From: Geosiphon pyriformis uo1
Taxonomy: Eukaryota; Fungi; Glomeromycota
Direction: 5' to 3'
Assembly: GCA_016748015.1 (NCBI GenBank)
Contig: JAAOMT010000468.1
Coordinates: forward strand, 1 to 64,000
DNA: 64,000 nucleotides
In this document: positions 14,096-28,432 of the stretch, in pieces
Position numbering within the stretch: position 1 is the stretch's first letter
How the letters are laid out: each line of letters opens with the position of its first letter
Notes under the pieces: generated by a model
What the model was told of the DNA's origin: nothing
The model's input: only the letters and a program-made list of their open reading frames with translations
Database searches by the model: none
Translations under genes and position numbers: made by a program

Positions 14096-14512
14096 TTAAC
14101 AAGTCCAAACTTATTTGTACTTGATACCACAAATTGGACTTGGCAAACAACATATACCCCAAACAAATTAAACTTAACATGGCCTCCATTACGATTTCTT
14201 TCTTTAGAAAACTCAACTTCAAAAAACTCAACTTCACCAACCTCAAATTTTACCTTATCATCTCCAACCACGATTGAATCAATCACCACCTCACCGCAGC
14301 CTTCATCAACACCACCTCCACGTTATCCTATGGCTGTGCTGGCAGCCTTGTTAACTTTTATTTCGATAATTCTATTATCGGTGATTGCAACTGCCATATT
14401 TTTCTTGAGATGGCGACAAAAACAAGCAAAAGAACAGCGAAAGTCGCCGTATAAAGCAGTAGCACCAAAACAACAGCTTAATTTGGCAGCATTTGATAAT
14501 GTTCAAGCTTGA
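12549..14512 (+). CDS. Single-pass membrane Kelch-repeat protein, paralog 2 (same intron pattern; micro-exon 13957-13964)
   Basis: Signal peptide MYNQTFIIYLLWINIVIVYYLSSLAIA. Kelch repeats (IYVFGG, MIIFGG, IYFLGG, IYIIGG, ILIFGG). S/T/P stalk, TM MAVLAALLTFISIILLSVIATAIFFL, then RWRQK. Confidence 0.87.
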
Positions 14513-17500
14513 AATAATTATTCAGAGCTAAAAATATTTAATAGTTTTCATTTTAATAGAACTCAAATGTAAAATCCCTTTGCAATCACTCATGTTTATT
14601 TTCATCCTCATTAGCATTTCTAGAAGTTTCTCATTCAATCATTTGTATTTTAGTCACTGTAGAATAATACATTTCATATATTTAATTCATTCATATTTAC
14701 GATAGAAAATTAAAGCATTGACATCACGTGAAATACCCAGATCATTTTTCGAGGGAACTTTGGGTATTGAAACTCATATTATTAAATTGATATGAAGCCT
14801 TCTCAATTTCATCAAATAAAAAATTCCCAAATGATTTACTCGATACTTTTATCATTGGGCTCAGCCTATTTGTTTAATTCACAAGTTCTTTAGTTAATTG
14901 AATAAACCACATCCACTAGAAAGCATAAGATCCTTGAAAGCTGATTATATTTTACTTTGAAATATTTTCCTAATTTAGCGTTGAAGGTTTGCACGTTTTG
15001 TTATTGGCTATTATTTATTTTAAGAACTGCGGGGTATTACATGATGGTAGGTTTGGTTAAGCTAAAGAAACAAAAGATTATGTATATACAATTTTTAAAA
15101 TTATTAAAATAAGAATTTACAATTTAATTCAATTTAATATTTTTTGTTTAAATATGAAATTTACATAGTTTGATCAATTTAATTTATGTATATTTATTAT
15201 TTAAATATTATTATTATTTATTATTAAATATTTTACAAATATTAATTATTTTCAAGTATATAAATATCGAACTATAATTATATATATAAACATAAATAAA
15301 ATACATGATTTATTGTAAAAAACACTTAAAATCATAAAGCAGAAAAAAAAGATAAAGTAGCTTGGTGATCGGGATGAGCGAGTAAACTCTGGAATATCTA
15401 GCAGCTGTGTAGGGAGACGAGTTAATGATTGAGCGCTTGGATGGCAAACCCTTTTTAACGCAGTTCGTCTTCTTAGATGGATTCCATTTTGACTTACCTC
15501 AACACAAATATATTAGGTAACAGATATCAGCCCCATTAATTATTATAATGAAATTCGAATTTTTAATTCAAGAAAAATTAGTCACCACTAAAAATTTCTT
15601 TTCAAACCATGAAAATATTTATTGTTAATTACATAACAAAAAATCAAGTGATCATGATTATCTTGAAAAAACATTATGTATACTCTGTTCTCAAGAACTT
15701 TCTACTCGCCCTGATTTAACAAAAAATTTTATATTCATCGCAGTTTTGGAAAATCTCTCGTTAAAGTTGCAGAGTACAAATGTTTTGAATATTTAAGTCA
15801 ATATTCATCCTATATTTGTTCCAAAACAGAGTACCAACCATTTGAAGGTTTAGTATTTGGTGACGTTTGTAGAATTCTTATTGGAAGTTGGTGCAACCGC
15901 ATTCGTTGTTATTCTCTTGTGAATTAGGTTTAATATTACCATCTTAATTCCGTTGTCGTTGCCCTACAAAAATGAAAGAGTTTCCTTTGGCACTTACAAT
16001 ACCAGCGGCTTTTGTAATAGTCAGTGAATATTAATCAAGTTCGAAACAAACAAAAAATTATGTGTGAAAAAGTTTCAAAATTTTACAGAAACTATTTTGG
16101 GAAACTGGATGGTTACCCATAAAAAAAAAAAAAAATCACAGGGAATTATTTTCACTAGTTGAAATTTGAAATATTTATGGAAAGAAAGAAAATAATACTC
16201 AAAAAACTTTGTTTTATTCCTTTGAAATTATCATGTGTACTTTAGCTAATCACGGATGGTAAATAACAGGTTAAATGGCAAACAAAAGAAATATACATGC
16301 ATTAGTTTCCTTGTTTAAATGCCGACATGTAAGTATCATTAAATGATTTTCTTTCTTTCTTTCTTTCTTTCTTTAAGGTTTTAATAATGAACAAATGATG
16401 CACTCCTTTTTCTACCTCACGTTTTAATTGGCTATGCAAAAGTATCCGACTCTCAAAGATATTTTATGATCATTAAAAGTTCCATGGACTTGCAGCTACA
16501 GTCTTTTATTGAATTAATAGGTGGGAGGAACCAACCAACATAAAAAGTGAGCTCATTGAAATGAGGAAAAATGATGTTAATGTTATTTATTAACTATCAA
16601 TGCAACCCCATTGAGAATTTTTGGAGATTAATAAAATTCCTCTGCAACAACTTATTTAGTTACTTAATTTTGACACTAAACGATTCTGCTTTTTGTAATT
16701 GTGTGAGAATAAAGAACTTTGCCACCCAATGTATATATTTATGCTCACTATTTATAAAATGAAACAATCTAGAAAAATGAATTCACATAAAAGAACTAGA
16801 TTTGATTGAAAAGAAATCTTGCATTTGAATTGTCAAATTAATAAAACAGTAAATAAGGAGGTTTATTGCTTTTAAAGTTGGAAATAAATGATTTTATAAT
16901 AGTTAAATTTTTTTCAGAGAAAAATTTAATTCAGCTAATAATGTACCCAAAAAACTAGTTTAACTCAATAGAAGAAAAATGGGAAGAATTTAAATGCAAT
17001 GAATGAACTACTCACTACATCTATTCAGATTTCTGAATAGTAAAGAACTTCTCGTTTTTAAAGGAAAAGAATGAAGATAAATATGTTTTCACCACATAAC
17101 CAAACTTTTTCCACCATTTTGGGTATCTACTTCAATTCAACTGAGTGCTGCATTGGTATCTAAATCATCAGAGACGAATTTCGTTTCCATTGCTGTTTCA
17201 ATTTAATGTGCAGCTAACTTGAATTTTTTGTAAAAATTTTTGTAAAATTTTTTAAATGTTCCCATGAAATCTTTGAATGAAAATAATATATTGATTTCTT
17301 GATTATTATTTTTCTGAATGCCTTTGTTTTTAATTGGATTTATAATATATACTTAATTCGTACCCTTAAAAATCGTTACAATCAAAAATTTTTGAAAGAT
17401 TCTTTTTTTTTTATTGAAAAATATTGGTATAGTATAGAAAGATTTATTGTTTGTAAGCTTCATCTAAAATTCAAAGAAATAAGGGGTTAAAATTTTTGAA

Positions 17501-18031
17501 GCGAGGATATATTTTTATCATTTACAAGCTATTATAGCTTAAAATTGAATATCAAAAAAAAATAATTGATTTTATATTTTTGGATAAATAAACTTCTTTA
17601 CATAAATTGTTTATAGGCTTACGGTTTTTTCAGTGTTTGTTTGATTATCCAAAATTATCGACTACCTTAGCTCGGAAATGTGACTATTCAATTTTTTTCT
17701 GGATAATTAAAGACTATTATTCTCAAAAAAACAATTTGTATCAGGTTTCAACATTTATTTGAAAATACTATTTATTTATTCATTTATTCTTCATTATCTA
17801 AAAGAATTCTATTTCATAAAAGTTTTTAAGACTAATGCGAAATTTCCGAATATCCTCTTATAACTTGTGCTATTAAGAAATTATATATTTAGGTAGGCAA
17901 TCAATTGAGGTGGTTTATTAAATTACGTGTATGAAATAATATACGTTTATAATTTCTATCCTCAAATAGAAAATATATTTTTTTTCTGATGCTATTGATT
18001 TGATATTTATACACTTATTAACAAAATCAAA

Positions 18032-18856
18032 TTAGGTGTTGCGATAAAACTTTATCGTTAAATGGTATACACGTTCAATAATATCAGATGCTAAAATTAA
18101 AGAACTTGCAATTAAAGAAAGAAATGGTATAATGTCATAGCTAATGGTATTTTTTTCGTAAAGAACCTATAAATTAAAATAATTTAGTTTAGTGTTGATC
18201 ATTTTGAGCCTCGAAAATATATTATTTAAAATCGTAACTCCTCCTCCCCCCACCCCCCACCCCTCACCCCCTCCGTACCTGGATTGTAAACTGTGGTATA
18301 TCTTCAAGTATGAAATTAATGTTTTTACCCCAAAATACCTGATTTTGGGCTTTATTTGAAAACGGTGCACTAAATAAAGAAAATCCAGCAAGATCGGACC
18401 AAAAAATTTCTAAACTTCCGATATCAGCGGCGGCTATCAAAGTAAAGATTGAGGCAGTTTGGCTGTTTTCTTGAAACCACTTCCCGAATCCTTCTTCCCT
18501 GATGATTTCCGATATCAAAATTCCAAAGGCCGAAATAGAGTTAAACACAATCGAAATAATAAGAATGATGATGCTGTCAACGAGAAATATACATGTATAA
18601 ATTATTCACATTTTTTGTTAAACACAATTGAATTAACAAGAACGAGCATGTATAAATTATTCACGTTTTTTGAGACGATTTTTTGAAAATTTACCTGGGT
18701 AAAAAAAGCCATGGAACATCTCTGCCATTTTGAAAAATGAAGGATATGTCTAATCCCAGATCAGTGATAATAAGAGCCAATTTAAAAATTTGTATGCTGT
18801 CCCCCTGTGGTTGGTAGATTGGTTGGTTGGTTGGTTGGTTGGTTTGAATTTACATT

Positions 18857-18892
<36 letters not shown>

Positions 18893-21730
18893 CATGTTAG
18901 GGAAGAATTGAATACAATCCTATTCTATTTTTTCAAATCTTATTGTAAATCTACCTGTGGGTTTTTTTTCCATGCCAAAAGATATAGCAATCCTAAAAAT
19001 CCGATTCCACACGCACCTCCGATTAACTCAAATTTGTATTCTTCTAAAAGATTGGCTAGATTCCAAATTTAAAAAAATTAAAAAAATAGGTTTCTCAAGT
19101 AAATACGAAAAATTTCATAAAATTTACATTTTCTTTGAAATCCATAAGTTTCATCTAAATATTGACATAGCGGTTTTTTTGAAAATGGTGATATTTCTTT
19201 GAATTCCATCATAGTATTTAAATCGGTAATGATATCTTTAACATTAATCTCTTGTTTTAAATTGTTTGTCGATAATATCTCCAAGAGAAATATAATCTGT
19301 GTTCTATCTTTAACAGATGGATCTTGTTGATAATTTTGCTCGGTAAAAAGTCTTGATTTTGGTATAGGAATTGATTCTGCGATTTGAAGGAGTAGTTGAT
19401 CAAAAAATTGTGATCTTTCTTCTTTTTGCAGATTGTAAAAGTGCCTTGTGCCTTCAACTGTTAATCGTAAAAAACCTTTAACCGATTCTAAAGTGAGAGA
19501 GAGAGAAAGAGAGAGAGACGATATTAATTTAAAATGAAAAATTTTAAAGTCTTGTATTGAGGAGAAGGAGAGTTAATTTGTTACCTGCATATATACTCTG
19601 GAAAGATTCTAAAATGAATAATAGTGTGTACTTTTAGATTTTTTTTTCTGTTGTTTATAAAAGTTGAATATTTTTCTTTTAATGTACCTCACGAACCTGT
19701 TGAAAACCACCAAGTATTTTTTGTCGTACCAAAAAGTGCCTCACCAGTTTCTTTACTTTGTACAAAATTGTTATCCAGTTGAATAAAGTATTTCGCGTTC
19801 GGTAGGTTAAATGTGCTCGGTAAAATATCAATTGATATCACCTTGGAATCATTGAGAGTTGAACAATGAATCGTTTTTGCTGAGAAAGTTTGTCGTAATA
19901 TAGGTACCGAACCATAATCATTACCATCACCACCATTATTCTCCTGAAAAATCGAAGCATTACCACTTGAGCATTGAACCGGAATTCGAAAGGATATGAA
20001 TATTTGTTTTATACGCAGTTTTATTATTGATCCAATAGCTGGAAAGCTACTTTCAATAATGAGGTTATGAAATCCAATGTCTAAACGTTTGAAAATAATT
20101 TTTAAAATACGCGCGCGTATATCAACACTTTTATTGAAAAAATAAAAATAATACCTTCACCGAGAATTTTTTTTAATGGAATAGACACAAATCGATCAAT
20201 TACATAATCGCTAGGTGCCAATAACGATGGGTTTTGCTGAAAGCAGTAAAGTGTATTATTTGGGAGAATAATTGACACCAAATCGGGCTCGGACAAAGTT
20301 TTTATCCGGAAGCTATTACCTCCATAATTATTATTTAAGATCATCCCAATAATCGACGATGTTTGATTCTCATAGTAAAGAGCCAAAAAGCCACCATACG
20401 GTAAGGGTTGCAGTGATTTAAGAATTAGTTTCGATTTATCTTTGGCGGATTGTAAGGTTTCAATGTTTGAGACTGCACCAGTTGAAAGAAATGTGATTTG
20501 CAAAATAGAATGATTTTCCTTGTTGGGTGTAAAAGTAAATGAACCATCTGATCCACGTAATTCACGTTCAAATCTTAAAATGCATGAATATCCAGTACCA
20601 TCAACACCACTTGAACAAGTGTCTATATTTATCAAATTGGATTTTAATGAAAGCTCAGATTGATAAACTATTACTGGTTTGTTGAAATTTTCTGATCCAG
20701 GTTCAAGAAATGTTACATATAAAAACCACTCTGGTATAGCATAAGACGATATATCTTTCAAAGTTGAGGCTCCTGTTTGAGTAATGGTCCTCCGAGTTTT
20801 GATGGCAACGTAGGCCATTCCATATCCCCCTTCAATCGTTGGAAAAGGGTAGAATGTCGCAAAAATCTCTGAAGAAGAAATGTCTAAAGTCCCATTTTGA
20901 ATCTGTCGTAAATATTCCTTTTCCTTCTGACTATAATAAAAGAGAAACAGTGAATCAGTAATCAGTTAGTCAGTTAGTCAGTTAGTCAGTTAGTCACTTG
21001 ATAAAATATTTTAGCTTTTTAAAAGAAATTACCCCAAAGTTTCATTACTTACGGTGAGTTAAAAAGAGACCATTTTAGCTTCCACCCAAATTCATCAAGG
21101 TGATTTTCAATGTAAATAAAATTTTTAGTCGGATCAATGTTTAAAACAAGCAAGTTAAGCATATCTACTTCCTTCTTCGTTCTCAAGTTAACATTCCTGG
21201 AAAAAAAATTAGTAAATGAAAATTTTAGAGATTTTTATTATGATATAAAAATTAGAAAATTTTAATTTTTACTTGTGCAATAATTTTCCATTAGATGCAT
21301 CGAATAGACTTCCATTTGTTTCCGGGTAATAAAGTCTCTCTTCATGATGAGAAAAAATTTCGACATAAATATACCCTGGAGACAATAGAAGAATATTTAT
21401 CTCACGAAACTTTATTTTAGACTCATCTTCAAATAGGAAATGATCTAGAAGAAAAATCGCCTGGGAAGTAGTTCTCCCTTCTGGATATATCAATGTATAA
21501 TTAAGCCAATTGATTTTAGACTTAAGAGGTAGATTTGTTTCAGTTTGCAAGAATAAAGTGCCATCAATGAAGTTATAAACTTGTGTAACATGAGAATTTT
21601 TATTGAGTTCAAACGATGAAAAGGTATAGAAAGCATGAGCATTGATTTCGATATTTATGAAATATAGATGATCAAGGAGACAAATAAAAGAAGCTACCAA
21701 ATAAATGAAATTCATATTCATGAGTTTCAT
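18032..21730 (-). CDS. Large secreted-ectodomain, multi-TM protein of a Glomeromycota-expanded family (about 10 exons)
   Basis: Signal peptide and long beta-rich ectodomain (STFNLPNAKYFIQLDNNFV; GFLRLTVEGT). C-terminal TM cluster with WFQENSQTASIFTLIAAADIGSL, FSAPFS and EDIPQFTIQ|VLY. The 3' exons checked by eye splice in frame to TAA at 18032-18034. Confidence 0.8.
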
Positions 21731-22420
21731 TTTTATTAAAGCAAAAAAATAATTTCAAACAGCTTAACACCAGGCAAAAAAAAGGAAAGTGAAATACTAG
21801 CGTTTTTGGTTTCTCTCAACCAAAGATACAATAAGGAATTGTTTTCAATTTTCCCTATCGGTTGATCCATTTATATAATTATTAGTTAATGTAGCACTGA
21901 AAATTTTCAAACAATTTTGTGATATGTAGAAGTCAAAAACTAAACGATATGGATATTGATATCATGAATTTTTATTTATCACTAAATATAACTCTGAGAT
22001 TATTGTGAAAATTCCACTCACAATATAATTTAATATAATTTAATATTATAATAACAAATTTCTGATTACTAAAACTTCAAAGAAATTTATCATTTTCTGA
22101 TTACTAAAACTTCAAGATAATTACGCTTTTTCTGATTACGCTTAATAATAATAATACCCTGACGTATTATCTATATGCTTTTTCTGATAACGCTTAATAA
22201 TAATACCCTATATACTTTTTCTTTATAACTATCCACTCTTATCAAAAATTTTTGAACTTTGAATACCTCCCTAATAGTCCATCAGCAAATATTTCGATAA
22301 TAAAAAAAACTATTGATAGAATGAAATGAATATTCCATATAGAATTTTCGACGCCCCGAATAAAAATTTAACAGATGTCTATAATTAAATGGAATTTTTG
22401 AAAAAAAATATTTAAACATA

Positions 22421-22470
<50 letters not shown>

Positions 22471-23199
22471 GTTCCAATTTTTATTTTACTATTAACTTAA
22501 ATTTACGGAAAAAATATGCCCTCCCATTTCACATATGATTGCAAAAATTTTATTTTTATTTTTTATTCTTTCAAATAAGCCTCCAAATTTAATTACCACT
22601 TTTTTTCATTCATTTTATTTGTACATTCTTAAAGTATGTGAAGATTAGTTATGTTTAACATATTCACTTAAATATGAATTAGAATTAATGCTAAATAAAT
22701 ATTAATATTATACAATATTTTAATTATATATATTTTTTTCAAGTCAGAATTATAAATATTAAAATATTAATAGAAAATGCTTTAAATTTAAATAAAATCT
22801 CAAGTTTTATTTGATATATATTATTGCAAAAACATTTACATTTCTATATTTATTATTATTATTATTTTAATAGCTTAAGTTCTATAAATTATTTAAAAGA
22901 ATTTAAAAAAAATTCTCAATGAAATTTAGATAAAAATTGAGATATGTTTTTTCCTAATAAATTTTTTATCAAAACGGTTTGTATGCTTAACGTCTTATCT
23001 CTTTTGGTCCGATCTTTTGAATCGGGATGATTAAGTCGATCCCCATTATATAGTAACTAATATATTGTTCTAATTGTTTGTGTACCCAATCTACTCACTT
23101 TTGCTTATTATCATTAATTAGTATGTGGATGGATTTTTGAATATATGAGATTGCCTTACTTTTTTTCCAGCTCTGTCTCCAAAAGTGCACACGCTGTTA

Positions 23200-26100
23200 T
23201 TTCAGAAATGTAAAACTGTTTTGCGTTGTTTTTTTTAGATAAAATTTTGTGATTTTTTTTATCAAGAAAATTTATTAAAAAATGCTAATAAATATTTCTA
23301 GCATTTAAACAAAAAAAAACTAGACAATTTTACCTTAATTTGGTAAAAATACATTCGTTTTATTCCTGCGAAATATTTTGCAATAGACCTTAAATTTTAT
23401 TTGAATATAAGATAAAATATTTCATTATAAATTTTTTATAATAATAAAATTTTAACCGTTTTTTTTGTATTTTTTTGTATTTTTTCATTAAATTTTCTTT
23501 TTTACCAAATTTATTGTTTTTTTTTTAATTTTTTTATATGTTTTTTCAATTATAATTAAAATTGGTAAACATTCTTTTAATACTTTTTTTGAGCCTTTAA
23601 TGTTATCAACTTTAATTTTTGTATCTATTCATAATTAAAAATGGATTTAAATAAATTCCATTTAAAGAAGTGTTCATTTAAAAAATAGCCAATATTATTA
23701 TTACATGTGACTTTATAATAATGAAATTAAAAATTACTAATAAATTTTATTAAATTTAAAAAAAAAATTCGTTTTAATGAAGCATTTTAAAGTTTTTTTT
23801 ACCTTTTTATGTAACTTTAATAATGTATATTATATTTTAACTTAATAATATTGTTGAAATCTTGTTGTAAAACATATTGTGTTATTAATTCTAAGCCATT
23901 TTGTGCTTTTTTGTGAGTAATTTTTTGACATTTTATGCTGTTATCTTTTTTTTCATTTTTATCTTTTTCTTCATCTTTATTTTGATCTTTATCTTTATTT
24001 TGATCTTTATCTTTTTTTTCATCTTTATTTTTATTTTTATTTTTATTTTTATTTTTATTTTTATTTTTATTTTTATTTTTATTTTCATTTTCTTATCTCC
24101 TTTTTTTTCATTACTATTATTTTTTTCACTAATGTCTTGATTAGCAAGTGGTTTATTTATGCTTTTTCTTTTGGATAATTAATCTATTTATTAATAATTT
24201 ATATATTTCACAGATAAACTGCTTTAATATTTGTTAATTAAATTATTATTATTGCTATTATTATCAAAACTATCATTATTATTTTTATTAATATTATTAA
24301 TATTATTGTTGTTATTAATTTATTATTATAATTATTGAAATTAATAAATATTAAAAAAATTTGTATGTTAAAAACAATTGTGTATTATTCTACATAATAC
24401 TTTATATTAAGGTTAAACAATAAATTATGTAACAATAAAAATATTTGTTTTATTATTTTTAATTTTAGACTCATATTTTTGAAATAATTATTTTACAAAG
24501 TAACAATAATAATAACATTTAAAAGACATAATAATATTAGTATTTATAAATTAAATACAAAATGCTATATTTAAAAAAAATAATTGTATTATTAAGATTT
24601 AAATTATTAATTAATAAAAATTGTTTTGTAACCAGTAATTTTTATTTTAAATTTTTTAATTTATTATCAAATAATATTTCTGTTATTTATGTTTTAATAA
24701 TTATATTATATGTATATCAAAATTATTGTAATTTATATTTTTAAAACAATATATATTAAGATATTTGCCAATTATAAATAGTTTTATTTTATCAAATTCA
24801 TTAATATTAATACAAAATACTATAATTTTTTGTTTTTTGTTTTTTTTTAAAATAAATTGTCGTTAAAATAGTATTTAATTTAAGACTAATAAAATATTAA
24901 GTTAATATAAATTATTTAAATATAATTATATATTAACAAATAAACTAGTTTTATTTATATATTTTTTAAATTTGACTAATTACTTATGCAAAAACTTAAA
25001 GCTATTATTAAATATGTTTGATTTTTATATAAATTTTTTTGCTTTTTTTATTATAATTGTATTTGTTAATACTATTTTATCCTAACTTTACAAAATTTAT
25101 TCGTGTAATATATTTTGGGAATTGCTAAATCGACCCACCCGTAACACGTGATATTAATATATATAGAATTTTAATATTTATTTATTAGTAATTCTAATAA
25201 ATATTAGTTTAATTAAAATAAAAAATATCTTTTTCTTATATAAAATTGAATATAAATTATATATATTAATTTTTTATTATGCCCTAAGTAATTTATAGTG
25301 TTTTATAATTAAAAAACACTTCGTTATAGACAATCATAATATTCGTTAATATGTTCCTATATATATAGTTGAATAAAAAATTTTTTGTAGTTTTTTTTGG
25401 TTTTTTTAAATGTTGATAATAATATTATATTAACAAATAGCAAAAAAGTATAATATTAAAAAAAATCAAAAAAAATCAATTAAATAATTGTAAAAATTTT
25501 ATTATTCAAGATTAATTTTATAAATATTTTAGTTACTAGTCTTTTCAAAAAAAATAAAAAAAAATAATACAGCTATAAAATTTTTATAATTAATAATTTA
25601 AAATATAAATAAATTGATATTTTTATTAATTTAAGCAAATTTTTTTTTAATAATTATATTGTTACAATTTGATATAACATACTAATAAATAACAAAAAAA
25701 AACAATATTATATGATGATAAAAATAATCAAAAAGAAATTTAACTTTAATAAATAAATTGAATTAGTAAGAATTCAATGTATAAGATCAGTTTTATAAAT
25801 ATTTTAGTTGTTATTTTTTTTAAAAAGTAACAAAAAAATCTGAAGATAAAGAAATAGTTTGTATTATTAACAATTAATAACACATTACTATAATTTTATG
25901 TCTTATATTAGCATTTTTAGAATTCAATATCAGGTATTAGTTATATTTTTTAATAAATATTTATTTAATATAATTTACAAAAACTAATAATTATACAATC
26001 AAAAAATAATGAAAAAAATAATAAAAATAATATTATTGTATTGTTTTTACTTTGAATGAATTTTTAATTTAAGTGTGAATAAATTTTACAGCTTTAAAAA

Positions 26101-28390
26101 GTTTTACTTATATACTCTAAAAAAAAATCAATAATTAGATTAGTAATTACATCAATGATTAAGTTAATAATTAAGTTAATAATTATGTTAATACTTAAGT
26201 TAATAATCAAGTTGTTAATTAAATTAATGATTATATTAATAACTACTTTTAAAAGTAGAGTGGTTATCTAATAACATTAATGGTTAATATATATGACTAA
26301 CTGTAATTAAGTAAATAAATAAAATTAAAAAATAAAATTTTTAACTATAACAATATTAATAATTAAGTTAACAACAAGTTAAATATTAATGTTAATTATT
26401 TTTTTATCTAATTAACAAAATTAGCATTATTAATAATTATATGTTGGTTTTTAAATACAATTACGACGACTTTTTACTTATTATTTAAAGTGTTTTAGAT
26501 AACATATAAAATACTAATAGTTTTAAAAAATAATGTATTAAATTTAAATGTTTTAATTAAATATTTCATTTTATTATATATTTATCTTAACAAAATTGAT
26601 TTTTACAATATTTAATCAGTTAATAACAAAATGACATAAAGACATTATATATAAATAAATTCAAAAAATAATGTGTACTTATTTATAAGTCTTATTATAA
26701 AATTAGTAATAATAGTGCACCTTGTATGTATTTAAAAAGAGTTAAGTGTATATGTTTAATTACAAATATTTTAAATTATTTAATTTGGTATTATATAAAA
26801 AAAAATTTTTAATCAGCATTATGTAAATTAATATAATTAAATTTAAAAGTATTTTTTTCTGATATATTTTTTGTCTTTATATAAACTTTATAAACATGTA
26901 ATTATGTTTTTTGAAACTTATATTGTTTTTATGCATATTAAAAAAATTTTCAAATAAATTTTTTAATTAGTTCTTATTGAATTATATACTAAATAGCTTA
27001 AAATTTAATCAAGTAAAAGAAACTTAATGTTTTTGTATTAAAAGATTCTTTCTAAATGAAATTAATTTTATTTTCTAAATTTTTTCAGTATCTTAAAAAC
27101 AGTTGAAATTTATAATTAAAATCACAATATAGTTATGTTTTGTATTATTGTATTTTTGATATATTGACTAATTTTTTTATCAAATAAATTATTATTTACA
27201 GTTTATTTTGTTTGTTTTACATAAAAATTTCAACATTTAATAGGATTTTTAAGGTTAGATTGTAAAAAAAGGTTTAGAAAACTTAGTATTAAAAAATATT
27301 CAAAATTTATTTTTACATTATATGTTTCAAAGAAAAAATGCTTTTGTATAAACTGCATTAGTGGGTAATTTAGGATTACTTTATCGATACATATGCATGC
27401 CCAAAGTAAACGTGAATTACGCGTCTTATAATTAGAACATTTACGTCATACTTCTCAGATTTGTTCTTAATCTTAATACTACCTAGATCCACAAATTCCA
27501 GATCTACTTCTTCGATTAATCCCCTTTTCTCGCACTCAGTTCTCAATTTCGCCATTGGTAAACATACCATATCATGATAGTTATTTACCACAGAGGCCAC
27601 CAATTCTGTAATTACTTTTTCAGCCGCTATAACACTATCAGAAAGTGCGATCGCTTCCTCAAACAATCCTTATAAATTCTTTTTATATATATATATAAAT
27701 TACTAATTAATTAGTTGGTTCTGATTATATATTAATAAATCAAAAATGCAAAACTTACATTTATTATTTATTATTTATTATTTATTATTTATTATTTTCT
27801 TTAAATAATTATTCTTAATGTTGTATGGAATTCTTATTTTCAGTTTTATCAATTTTATATATAATTAAATGAATTTTAGCAATATAAATTAATCAAATTA
27901 ATTCTCAAATTAAATTAAATTAAATGGTTACATTATAAATATTAGTCAAATATTAATTAATTTATTAAATCAATTTTGTATCAAAAAAATAAATCTTATA
28001 AATTTTAATAATATTTTTATTCTAACTATTTTTTTATTCTGTTATTTTCCATGTTAAGTTTTTTTATGTTAAACCTTTGTTTTTTATATATAAATAGTTA
28101 ATTTCATTTATTCAAAATTGAGATAAAAATGTATTTTATATACATAATGATTAATTTAGTATTTCAAATTAATAAAATTATTATTATTATTTTTATTATT
28201 ATTATTAACTATTTAAATAAGTTTTTTAATCAAATAAGTATTCAAAAAAAAAATTTATTTTATTTTATTTTAGATTATGATAAAATCTTCAGATTAAACA
28301 AAAAAAAATTTATTAAACATATACTCATTAAAAAATCTACAAACTATAATAAAAATTAACCATATATATTGAAACCCATTACAAATAATG

Positions 28391-28400
<10 letters not shown>
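23200..28400. repeat. Second extremely AT-rich block; decayed repeat or transposon relics
   Basis: Almost no CpG and very low GC except short islands (about 25100-25150 and 27350-27680). Decayed 6- and 12-nt periodic tracts. Confidence 0.5.
27376..27666 (-). other. Coding-like island (96 codons open) with a SAP-like motif; exon or gene fragment
   Basis: Normal GC and CpG content inside an AT desert. LPMAKLRTECEKRGL resembles the SAP/HeH core. Starts at TTG, not ATG. Confidence 0.4.

Positions 28401-28432
<32 letters not shown>

Noticed and set aside
15361-15450. U3 or box C/D snoRNA suggested by GATGAG and ATGATT motifs
   Set aside because: No box A/A', no properly placed CTGA and no terminal stem could be identified.
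22060-22220. Short direct repeats (TTCTGATTAC...) upstream of the TM-protein gene
   Set aside because: A few imperfect local duplications with no termini, TSD or regular spacing, so most likely slippage.
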